Shown piece after piece: positions 51,689 through 63,435 of a stretch of DNA of 64,000 nt. How positions within the stretch are numbered: the first letter of the stretch is position 1; each line of letters begins with the position of its first letter. Position numbers and translations under genes: made by a program. The DNA comes from Phoronis australis (lineage: Eukaryota > Animalia > Phoronida), in the NCBI GenBank assembly GCA_002633005.1, contig NMRA01000686.1, forward strand, positions 1 through 64,000, written 5' to 3'. Below the pieces are notes generated by a model that was not told the origin of the DNA, made no database searches, and saw only the letters and a program-made list of their open reading frames with translations.

Positions 51689-52867
51689 GTATGTACTGTA
51701 TTGACTTGATGTGGCGTAAACTCTCAGGATATCTTATGATATTATGCTCAACATTTTGTTTTTGCGTCAATTAATATTGCTCCGACTTTAAAAGCGAATT
51801 CATAACGCACCTTCTAAACAAATCGACCTCTAAGTACATCAAAACTCAAACTAGAAAATTAAAATTTCCCTTCCTAACCGGAAGTTGTATTGCCAATTTC
51901 CTTCATTAGGCTCAAACTTTTAACGATTTATGTGGCTTGGTCTGTTTTAGATCTTGAGCATGGCTGTTCAAAACTGCAAATATTCTACAATAAATATTTG
52001 CTAAAGCAGTAGCCTGTACGTTCTGATTGGTGCTCTTTTGTTCATAAGGATGCGGAGGGAGTAGAGTCATACTCCAAGGGCATGCTGAATGTTGTATGCA
52101 TTAATAAGGGGGGAGTACGGTTAGGCTTAAGGCCACAAGTTGCATTCGGCTGTAGCATCACGAGGTGAACAGGATTTAAGGAACTAGTAAAAAATTCGCA
52201 GAAATAAATAACTGTAACCCTGCTTATATTTGGGCTGGATAGAGTACAATGGAATGCGGAGACAGCATCGAAAAATATGCTGAATTATGTTCAGAAAAAC
52301 GAATGGCTGTGACAGGTAAGTGATGTAGAACAAATCAATGGCGTTTGCAATAGTTGAACCTATGGCACTGGGGCGAGCGATACGAGCAATATGACTTTTG
52401 TCTTCACAAAAGCGAACAAAAAATTAAGACCAACGTCTAGTTCCAAAATACCATCTGTGGTATTGAAGTAAGCCAACTACTTCGAAGATTCACTTTTCTG
52501 AAACAAAGCGTAGTCTTAGCTATAGTTGAATATCGCCAAGACCTTGCCAGAAAGCCAAAATTTCACGGGATTACTAGAGATGATGCCGTGTACTTTAAAT
52601 GAGAAAACACAGATCTTTCTACATGTTATTGCTATTGCACTCTACCCTGACGGATACTTATGGAGGGAATTGTTGGAGACGTTTAACTCGCAAAAACATC
52701 TGGAAATCACAAAATACTTGGTGGTTTGTAACCAATATGGCGGACCACAGTGGTTGTGGCCAGAGATCATTGCAAACACGTCAATAGTCTTACAATACGG
52801 CTAAAAAGCAATCATAGCAGACTGTTGCTTTGAATGTCAAGAGGAAAACTTGGCCACACTATCTTTA

Positions 52868-55800
52868 CTTGTTACTCTGCGCGAGCAAGCGCAGAGTACT
52901 GTTGTTCCTGGGTTTTCTTCAATATTATTCTTATTACTCTGCGCGTGCATGCGCAGAGTACTGTTGTTCCTGGGTTTTCTTCAATTTTATTCTTATTCTT
53001 ATTCTTATTACTCTGCGTGTGCAAGCGCAGACTTTTACTGTTCTACGTATTTTATCTCCTTATTACTCTGCGCGTGCAAGCGCAGAGTTTTACTGTTCAA
53101 ATTCTACTGATCCCTTTGATGTGACTCAAAATGCACCGGATTGACCCGAAATGGGTCAACGGGTGCATTCCATCAAAGTGCATCTTCTCCTACAGGTTCT
53201 TAGATAGACTCTCCGAATTTTGTTAACAAAAAGGCACTATAAATCTGAATCCGAAATTTACGTGGCATTGAAATCGGATCAAGGGTACCGCGTTTCCGGG
53301 ACAAAGGTCATTAGGTGTAGAAGTGATTTTTGAGCTAGACCTCACATAACCACGTATATAGTTTTCATTCGTAAAGAAAATTCAGTCACAAACTTTTGGG
53401 TCATTAAGTGTAACTGTGTGGCCATTATTTGCAGTTTAACGCTGATATTCTTTCTCTTCACTCTTGCTCTTGGATAGTTCCCAGGGACATCTCCCCTTTT
53501 CACATAAAGGATTCAACATCTATGCAATGTAATGCCCTATACTTCACTATGCACATGCATACACCACGCGCAGAGTTGTAAGTGCGTATATGCAATTGCG
53601 TTCTAGTTATTATTCTTCTTCTTCCTTCCTTTTCATATTGTTATTTCTCTGACATTCATTCATTTAGAATAATAATAGTCATTGTTATTCATAAGATAGT
53701 TAAGGGATTTATATTGAGAATATTTTTTCGACCCTAAATGCACTAGGATGACCTGAAACGGGTCAATTAGTGCAATTTTTCAAAATGTTTTTACAGTTTT
53801 TTAGATAGACCCTTCGAATTTTGTTAACATGGATTTCCAATCGGACCAAGGGAACCGAGTTTCCGGGTCAAAAGTCATTAAGTGCAAAAGTGAGTTTTGA
53901 GCTAGACCTTTCATAACCATGCATATGATTACCACTCATAAAGGAATTTCAGTCAAAAACTTTTGGGTCACTGGGTGCAATTTTGGGGTCATTAAGTGAA
54001 CTTTTCTGTTAAGTTTAAAGTTTTTCAATCAGCTAGTACTTAATTGATGCATTAGTGAGGGCGTTCAAATTCATTGTGGTTCAACCGATTGCCGATCAAA
54101 TTCTATTGATCCCATGGATTTGACTCAAAATGCATCGGATTGCCCCAAAAAGAGTCATGGATTGCATTCCGTCGAATTGCTTCTCCTTCTAAAATTTTTA
54201 GATAGACTCTTCGAATTTTGATAGCAAGAAGGCACTAGAGATCTGCATCCCAAATTTACTTGGAGTTCCAATCAGATCGAAGAAATCGAGTTTCCGGATC
54301 AAAGTTCATTAAGTGCAAAAGTGATTTTTGAGCTTCAGGTTTCATAATCATGCATATGATTACCATTCATAAAGGAAGTTTAGTCACAAACTTTTGTGTC
54401 AATAGGTGCAACTTTGGGGTCACTAAGTGCAGTTATTTTGTAAAATTTAAGACTTTTTAATCAGCTTGTATTTAATTGATGCATTAGGAAGAGCGTTCAA
54501 ATTCATAATGGTTCCACCAATTGCCCATCAAATTCTATTGATAGTACGTGTAATGACCCAAAATGCACTATAGGACCGCAACAGGGTCGACCAGTATAAT
54601 TCTTTGAAGTGCTTCTCCTTCTGCGATTTTTGAGATTGCCTTTCAAATTTCGTGAACATCTTGGTACCATATAAGAGCACCTACAACTTACATGGAATTT
54701 CGATCTGATCAACTGAACCGAATTTCTGGGAGAAAGGTCAGTAATTGCAAAAGAGATTTTTGAGCTAGACTTTTCATAATCATGAATATCATTTTCATTG
54801 GCAAAGGAAATCCATTCAAAAATTTTAGGGTCATTAGGTGCAACTGTGGGGTCATTAAGTGCATTTTACTATTGATATTCTAACTTTTCACTCTTGCTCT
54901 TTCATAGTTACCAGGGACATCTCTCTCTTTCACACAAAAGATGCAACTTCTATGCAATGTAATGCACCTGTACTCCATTCTGCATGTGCGTACACCACGC
55001 GCAGAGTTGTAAGTGCGCATACGCAATTAGGTTCTAGTTCTTATTCTTATTCTTCTTCCGACCAACATTGACACTTAATAACTCCAAAATGTTTGCAGGT
55101 ATGTTCTTCAAAATTAAAATATGAAGTTAGGCAGTATATCAATTTTGATTCATTATATAATCATATTCCATAATGCACCGGAAGAGGCCATTTGGTGCAA
55201 AGGACATGTAATTTTCAAAACGCTACTCTTATAATTTAAAAGCTATTCCTCTCAAATTCGGTACACAGGCATAAGTCAATAAGGCAATTAAAAAAATACT
55301 TTTCTAAGTAATCGGGCCATCCAATCAGGTTAAACAGGCCTAAGGTCATTGGGTGCTAGACACTTCAAATTCACAGGTCTGATTAGCACAGGTAATTCAA
55401 TTCGGAATCCAAACTTCAGGTCACTTAGTGCAAACATGGGATCATTAGGAGCATTTTTATGAAAATTTGACCTTTTCGTTCACCAAGTATTCTGATGTGT
55501 CAACTGTTAGACAACTGTGATTCTCAGCATTAAAGACATTTTTCACGGGTTTTGTAATAATTCTCCTCAAAACGCTTATAACGCACTGGGTAGGGTCAAT
55601 TAGTGCAAAGGTCATCTAACGCTCAAAATGTTATATCTCACGTTCTTCAAGGAATTCTTTTCAATTTCAGCACATTGGTGTAAGTCAACATGCCAATTGA
55701 ACAACCTACATTATTACGCAATAGGCCTAGCCAATCAGAAAAATAGGTCAAAGGTCATCGAGTGCAAAATAAATTGTTGAGCTTGAGACTTCAATATTAC

Positions 55801-56306
55801 ATATCTGTTTACTAAATGCGATTGAGTTTGAATTCTAAATTTTCAGTTCATTTGGTGCACCCATGGGGTCATTAGGTGCATTTTTCTTCTGAAAGTTTGA
55901 CCAATTCATTCATTTTGTATTGTGTAGTGCGTGAAGTAAAACCTCTGGGATTCTTAGCATTAACCACATATTAAGTCGAGTTTACAATTGTTCCCTGATC
56001 AGGGTTCATAATGCACCGGAAGATGTCAATTAGTGGAAAGGTCATCAAAATATTAACATGTAACTTCGCCTAAAATTTTAAAGAATTCCTTTTTTAGATT
56101 GGTAAACAGGTTGCTAACGGGTCAGTAACGTCCCAAAGCAATTCCAGTAATGCGCACGCGTAGAGACCATTATTGTCACGCCGTGACAATAATCTTTCTA
56201 GTTCTTATTTTTATTCTTATTCTTCTTCCGACAAACTTTGACACTTAATAACTGCAAAATGGTTGCAGTTATGCTCTTCAAATTTATTATATGATTTTAG
56301 GCAGTA
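52868..56306 (+). mobile_element. Head-to-tail Helentron/HINE-like array (3' CTAG ends at 53606, 55037 and 56201)
   Basis: 5' tandem ACTCTGCGCGTGCAAGCGCAGAGT hairpins at 52873-53090. Each unit ends with a CACGCG(C/T)AGAG repeat, a hairpin and CTAG|TT. Same families as at 1-16.6 kb but in the opposite orientation. Confidence 0.75.
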
Positions 56307-59300
56307 CAGCACACATCACGAATTTTTGTCCGCACGGTCGGAAATTGGTCGACGACCGGCCGTCGACCGGTCGTCTAGCCGACCAGCAGCCGACCCACAA
56401 CGCATGAAAACGGAAGACTGTGATTGGTTTATAGTGTCATCCATCATCATTCTGAAATTGTTGTCACTTTCACTGTAAAGAATCGTTTCGAAACTAGAGC
56501 ATTCCTATCTAGCCAGCTAGTTGTATAAAGACTATTTTCAAAATACAGCAAGGTGCCACTGCTTATTGAGATCCATCATACCTCGAAACTTCACACAGCC
56601 CAGATAGTTACGCTTGTCACCTCGTCGAAAAGCTTGTATCAACATGAGCTCAAGACCGGCGGGTGTGCAAGCAAAATCTAGAAGTCAATTGGCATTCAAG
56701 TTGCCCGTTATGGCCGTTTAAGCGAAAAACATCCGACGTCATCTTCCTGCGTAATTCTCTGCCTTTTTTAACGAAAAAACGTATGCCGTCGTTTAGAAAA
56801 AAGTTCATTCGTGACACGTACCACTTCCAAAATGTTTTCAACATCTCTCATTAGATGATGACAACATCTCAGCAAAATTTGTTCTAAAATTCGGTTCACT
56901 GATATCAAAATTCCAAAAACATATAATGAAGTGAAACCAATTCTTATCATTTGTTGTGACGTTTACGCAACCTCTTTGGAGAACGTTTGATTGAAGAATC
57001 TGTGAAAAAGAAACTGGCTAAAAGGTGACGCAATATTTCATTGGGTCGAAAGTCGACGCATAAGATCACACCATAACTTAAGCAGCAGAATAATTGTAAA
57101 AAAACATTTTTGCAACGCTGGTAAATAATTTAGATTACTCTAGGAAGATTTTATTCGGTCAGTTTTTACCCACAATGGCACAAATTTGTATATTTAATTT
57201 AATAAACAGCTTCGCACCAAGGCTAGAGCCTTCCGAGCCCTTTGGCGTAAGAACACAATACTTGGTGTTTTGCGTATACTTCAAGGGTTAAAACTTTGAA
57301 AATAATATTTTTGGGGTAACCTGGTACATGTAATCCTAAAAAAGTAATTTGTGTTTTCATGTAGAGCGTAAAAATGATTAACCCATTGATTCAAAAAGAA
57401 CACTGTCGCAAACGAAAACGCACACAATTTTCAGCTATATTACACTGGTTAAAAACAACTTCTATAAGTTTATTGCCTCGGATTCTAGTGATCACCAGGG
57501 CAAGTCAAAACTCTTAAGGGGGCGCAATTTCAAACCTTTGGCATGAATCAGTGATATAAAAATGGAAATAGACCGACTAAAGTTCATCAGCAATGTAGAC
57601 ACAACAGTTACGGACACTGACTGCGTTTGTTAACGTCTTGTGGCAATGATAAAAATATTTTTTTTCTACTATGATTGATAACAAGTTTTACTCTGATGAG
57701 GTATGATGCAATATGAATGTCTAATATGCAGATCGGCAGTTGCAAAAATTTTTACTGGGTTTAATGAATCCGTTTGTTATGAACCACTGTAAAGTATGAT
57801 TACTTATTGTACATTCGAAGCACGCCTCCTTAGAATAAAAACATACTGGTGCTTGTTGATCCTGGGTGTACTTCTGTTACAGGCATGAATGAAGATATAT
57901 AGTTGTTAAGCCATAGAGGATAATAAAGCTTACATAACATCACACTGAGCCATCTACACCAGGCATATACAAAGGATACAGTATTTCAAAAGAAGCCTCA
58001 ACTACTCATTTTTCATAGTCATAACTACTCATTTTTCATAGTATTACTAAATCACGAACACCTAGATTTATATAAGAAGTTACATAGTACGATGCTACAC
58101 AACCTGCTCTCCCACATTTATGGGAGGCCTAATTTGAAACATTTAACGACATATCTTTTTTATGCAAGATTAAAACCAAGCAAAACATGTGAAACTCTCC
58201 AGAACTAAAAATAAATATCTCAAAACCAGAAATTTTACTTAAGCAGGAATTAAAACTATTCAATACATTGAGATTGTTTTCACCCAGTAGACCACAGAGC
58301 AAATAAAGACCAAAAATCACCACGTCAAATTCTTCACTTCAGGATCAAAATAAAATACGACCGAACTGAAAATTTAATAAGTCAGGTTCAAAAACTTACC
58401 GTGTCAGTAACTTTCACGCCAGAACACCACGTCACCATCCCCAAGCATGGATCTTTCAAAGTGATAATGTCCATACTGCATGTATACATATAAACAAAGG
58501 CTATATGTTCAACCTCTCGCCGACAACAGACCTCTTATCTTGGAAATGCAGTTGAATTTTTGTTGTCTATTCCACGTTTTACAATAGATGCCAATGTATA
58601 AGTACACACTGGATTGTAACCATTGCATAATGGGTGATCAGGTAGCCTCCGGGCTTGAAAACAACTCTCTCTCCTGGCGTGATAAGTTTTCTGACACAAT
58701 GAATCCTGGTTGCCAATTGTTTTTGATTCTACAGAGATTTCAATTCCTGAATAGAAAATGTGTGTTCTGGATGTTTTCGCATCAGCTTTCCATTCAGCTA
58801 ACTAGTGTACAGCACAGTGTTTTACTATCCCGTGGCTGCTCCACTGCAACGAATCACTTCTAATACAACCTTCCGTAAATGACGTTCGTATTTTGCACAT
58901 TTCTTCTTGGTAACAATTTTCCAAGAGCTATATATTCATTGGATAAGAATACCAGTCTCAGGTAGTCCTTGAGCTCATGCTCTGAATGTTTTGAACACAC
59001 AACTCTTTCTTTACGCAGATACCGTTTTCTGCCCGTGGACACCGACTAGCTGAATTCATCAACCAAACATTTATTTTTAAAGTGTACTTTTTTAAAACAC
59101 CGAGTTGACCATAGTCGTCAGTGTAGAAAAGCGAAATGAACATTTTGTACACAGTGCTCAAAGCATACGGACATACGGAAACGCCAACGCCTCTCTGTCT
59201 TACAACGCTGCGTGTACTTGGCATTTCATTTCATGCTGGAAACTTTTTTAAGACTGAGCACCGTTTCAAAAAATAGTATTTTTTCTTACAGCTGAGAAAA

Positions 59301-59691
59301 GAAGAATTATTCTGCGATTTTAGGACTGAAATAGAACAAAATCTCGAGTGGTGACTCATTAGAATGTGCAAACCTCGGGGGGGGGGGGATGGCGATTTAT
59401 ATACAAGCATGATTTATTTATTTTTTATTTTTATTTTGGAGTTGCCACTTCTCATTCTACCTAAGGTGGCCAGATCATACGCTATCAATATCACCAGACG
59501 CTTTGCTACTCAAAAGTGCACCTTTGTGTATTTTCTATCATTTTTGCCATTGCAATCGCTTTACCAAAGGTTTGCGCACATATGCCGCGTAGTGAATACT
59601 TCTTCATCACATATTCACATCTTGCCGTTCACAATTATTTTATTTTGCATAATTTNCCGACCGGGCGGACAAAAATTCGTGATGTGTGCTG
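56307..59691. mobile_element. TA-flanked TIR element (Tc1/mariner-like termini), non-autonomous
   Basis: TA|CAGCACACATCACGAATTTTTGTCCGC ... GCGGACAAAAATTCGTGATGTGTGCTG|TA. Removing it restores the host repeat GCAGTATAT.AATTT.GATTC. Caveat: there is a contig join (N) at 59656 inside it. Confidence 0.62.
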
Positions 59692-60485
59692 TATATAAAT
59701 TTGGATTCATTGTATATTCATATTCCATAATGCACCGGGAGAGGTCATTTGGTGCAAAGGTCATGTAATTTTCAAAGTTCTACTTCTTCTTTATTTTAAA
59801 AGCTATTCTTTTCAAATTCGGTACATAGGTATAAGTCAGTAAGGCAATTTTAAAAATTACTTTTCTAAATAATCGGGTAATCCAATCAGGTTGAACCGGT
59901 CAAAGGACAATAGGTGCAAACTAAGATTTTAAGCTAGACACTTCAAATTCGCAGGTCTGATTGGCACAGGTAATTCAATTTGGAATCCAAAGTTTCAGTT
60001 CATTTAGTGCAAACATGGGGTCATTAGATGCATTTTCGTCTAAAAATTTGTCCTTTACATTCATCAAGTTTTCTGATGTGTTAACCGTTAGACAACTGTG
60101 ATTCTCAGCATTAAACACATTTTTCATGGGCTTTGCAATAATTCTCCTTAAAGGCGAAGGCAACCTTTTTCCATGTCATTTTGAGCTAAAATAAGGTTGG
60201 TTGGTTATCCTAGACATATTTTTCACTTAATTACAGCTTTTCGTAATTTTATTAATTACTCGTCCGCTTTTCCGGAAGTGACGTTTTAGGAGGCAAGCGC
60301 TTCCCGCCACTTGGTTTTGCGTTGAGCTTACTGTGCGAATCTGTTCTATTCTACTTTTGTTTTGCGCTATTTTTCACCAATTGTCGCCACCACTTTCCAT
60401 CGGCGAGTATTCTGCGGCAAGATAGGTTAGTAGAGAACTCAACTGCGTTGGATTTAGGGATTGTTTAGTGTGTTGTAAGCTGAAA

Positions 60486-60760
60486 ATGGCTGGAGTCGGT
60501 GACCCGTATCACAGTGACAGTAGTGTGAGTGACGGAGACCTTGTTCACAGCAGTGGTGACGAGGAATTTTTTCACGGACATTCAGTGGGTGGGTACATGT
60601 TTGAGCCCGAGTACAACGAGGCAGAGTACACACAGGCACAGGCAGCTGTTGAGAGAAACGAGGCGGCTACTGAAGACAGACGTGGTGACACATCTTGGTG
60701 CAAATGCACTGTGTGCGTTGTTATGCCTACCTCAATTGAATGCTTGTGCTGTTCCGAGTT
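60486..60760 (+). pseudogene. KolX-like protein (P2X7 cytoplasmic ballast-like, Cys-rich), 3' truncated
   Basis: An acidic N-terminus, then YMFEPE...WCKCTVCVVMPTSIECLCCSE. The sequence after 60760 is antisense transposase. Confidence 0.8.
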
Positions 60761-61827
60761 CCACATCAATTATCTTTTTGGTCTCTTCCTCCATTAGAGT
60801 GTATGTGGTATACTTGGCGGACCGCCCTGGTGAGTCAGACAAGTTCTCCTTCTCCATGAATTCCGCCACCAACTCGAGATGTTGTGACATGTATGCGTCA
60901 TTGACAACTGGTATTAAATAGGAATTCTGAATGTTGTTGAATGTTGTTTTCGAAAAAAAACTTGACTTTTCCAAAGTCCATCATTGTCTTCACCGACTGA
61001 AACGTGTTTCCAGTGAAGAGCACACCACTGGACATGGTTAAGTGGACCTCCGGCATACCACGGACAGAGGAACAACTGTCCCACTTGCCAGAGTGTCCCG
61101 TGACACACTCCCACTGGATGGTGACCTGAGCACCCAAACTGCTTACATTGTGTCGTGTGACTCCCTCGCCACACACCTGGCACCTTCTAAATAGCTCCAA
61201 CACTTTAGACAAGTCCACAATAAACTTATCAAAGTTTGGCTCACCGATCTGTTCACTGGACGACGAACTGTCCTCTTCACTGGGTGTCGAACTGGGCCTG
61301 TAATCACTCCCACTACTCAATATCGCTGCAGGGCTGCTTAGAGGCTCTGGGCTGGAGAAAACAGCACAGGGCGAATCACTACTGGTTCCAGGAATTGCAC
61401 GCTCTGGGGTACGTTCGGAGGCACGGGTGACAGTAGATGAAGTGCCTCCACTGGCTCCAGTCACTGTACTGGCCACAGCTCGCGAGGCTTCTCGCTTCAA
61501 AAACGCACTTCTCGGGGGTGGCGACGGGGCACTGCCGGGAATCAACACAGACGGAATGGCATCCTTCTTCAAGCGTTGTTTCGCGGGGACCTTCATCAGT
61601 TCAGCGTACAAATCCCTTTCGTAATCGGACGGCAGAAAGTGCTTGCCACACACACGGTAATTCTCCACTGCTTTGTACGTTGCGTGGACGGGTAACGCTG
61701 CGTTCTTCACACGAACGAGCCAAGTACGGCGAAGTGTGTCATCCATCGGAAAGCGATGCAAAGGCACTCCCAAAGCGCGCGTGAGCCGATAATTACTACA
61801 TCCCGGTACGCAGCAACAGTGTGGCAT
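60756..61827 (-). pseudogene. Kolobok THAP-domain DDE transposase, frameshifted and truncated
   Basis: THAP domain MPHCCCVPGC...LHRFP...W...VCGKHF...DAIPS, a Ser-rich linker and a CQVC...C..GH zinc motif. After a frameshift in the A8 run at 60953-60960 it continues ...DSPGRSAKYTTYTLM...KIIDVEL and then breaks off. Confidence 0.85.
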
Positions 61828-63435
61828 GTTGACTGACTAGTAAATGAAAGCGAACGACGACGGAACTTAACACAACCGAGGTAGAACAATGACTGACTCG
61901 GCAGCTCTCACAGTCAGACTATGTGAAAAGAAATTGGCGGGAAGCGCTTGCCTCCTAAAACGTCACTTCCGGAAAAGCGGACGAATAATTAATAAAATTA
62001 CGAAAAGCTGTAATTAAGTGAAAAATATGTCTAGGATAACCAACCAACCTTATTTTAGCTCAAAATGATATGGAAAAAGGTTGCCTTCGCCTTTAAGACG
62101 CTTATAATGCACCGGATAGGGTCAATTAGTGCAAAGGTCATCTAACGTTCAAAATGTTATATCTCTTACGTTTTTTAAGGAATTCTTTTCAATTTCAGCA
62201 CACTAGTGTAAGTCAATATGCCAATTGAACAACATAAATTACTACGCAATAGGCCTAACCAATCCGAAAAAAAACAGGTCAAAGGTCATTGAGTGCAAAC
62301 TAAAATTTTGAGCTAGAGATTTCAAAATTTCATATCTGCTTAGTGAATGAGATTGAGTTTGAATTCTAAATGTTCAGGTCTATTGGTGCACCCATAGGGT
62401 CATTAGGTACATTTTTCTTTTGAAAGTTTGACCAATTCATTCATCTTGTATTCTGAAGTAAAACATCTATGATTCTTAGCATTAACCACACTTTAAATTG
62501 ATTTTATAATTATTCCCTCATCGCAGTTCATAATGCACCGAAAGAGGTCAATTTGTGGAAAGGTCATCAAAATATTAACATGTAATTTCTCCTACAATTT
62601 GAAAGAATTCCTTTTCATATTGCTAAACGGGTTGCTGTCAGTAACTTCCCATAACAATTCCTTTAATACGCACGCGCAGAGTCCATGTCACGTACGAAAA
62701 AGGGAGCATGTATTATTTGACGAAGTTTAAGAACTTATAAGACCAACAGGTAAGCTGTACGCAAAAAAAAACCCGGAAAATGTAGGATCGGGCCTACACA
62801 CAAATTGGCACGGGAAGTCTTCCAAAACCAAACGTTCAATCGATGTTGTAATGAGATAATGAATGACATAACTACTATCTAATTCATAAATAGTGTATTT
62901 GATTCCCGGTAATGGAACTTCGTGTCGGTAGCAATGAGGTTTCACAATACTGGAGGTACCCAAAGCACACTGCAGTGGCAATTTATGAAGCGGGTGAGTG
63001 GCAAACAGCAGTTACCCTTCTTCCGCCCTTGGTAAGGGACAACTTAGGTATTGTCGGCTACAAGTAAACTTACACAAAGTCAAACACTGATTATGATAGA
63101 GTGCCCCAAAACTCAACGTTTACTGGGTTCAAAGCAAGGTTTGGCTATAGCCAGTGACCGGAGCGCTTAGTGTTGAGATGTAGTTTCAAGCGCGCCAAAT
63201 CATTCTTCCGGCTTTGAAATAACATCATTCTATATGGACAAAGGTATGTATGTAAACGCGAAGTTATTCCCATGAATATGCATCAGATACATTATGCGTT
63301 ACGCAGATGTTTTACACAACGGCGTAGCCTGTGTAGTTTTGTCTTAACTCGTTTTACAGTTTCGAGTCATATGTTTCAGCTATTTGGAGAAGGCTCTGAA
63401 TTCTCGATATTTGATTTCGTGAACAACTTGAAAGN

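Larger units (their letters stand above)
60152..62092 (-). mobile_element. Kolobok-type DNA transposon, internally deleted, young
   Basis: 158-bp TIRs (60152-60309 and 61935-62092) with two mismatches by eye. AG...CT termini and TTAA TSD (60148-60151 and 62093-62096). Contains convergent THAP-transposase and KolX-like ORFs. Confidence 0.9.
59692..62690 (+). mobile_element. Continuation of the Helentron/HINE-like family A unit, interrupted by the Kolobok element
   Basis: Collinear with 55135-56180 at 59692-60151 and 62093-62690. The 3' hairpin is truncated at ~62690. Confidence 0.7.

Noticed and set aside
52242-52315. Candidate exon with a strong CAG|GTAAGT donor
   Set aside because: The acceptor is poor and the peptide shows no resemblance to the other exons, so it cannot be supported.
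58860-59224. Possible degenerate THAP domain (VCSKH)
   Set aside because: The motif order and Cys spacing do not fit, and the sequence is too decayed to support.
62686-63434. Possible LTR starting TGTCACG
   Set aside because: The start could equally be the broken HINE hairpin, and no LTR end or TSD is visible before the N join.
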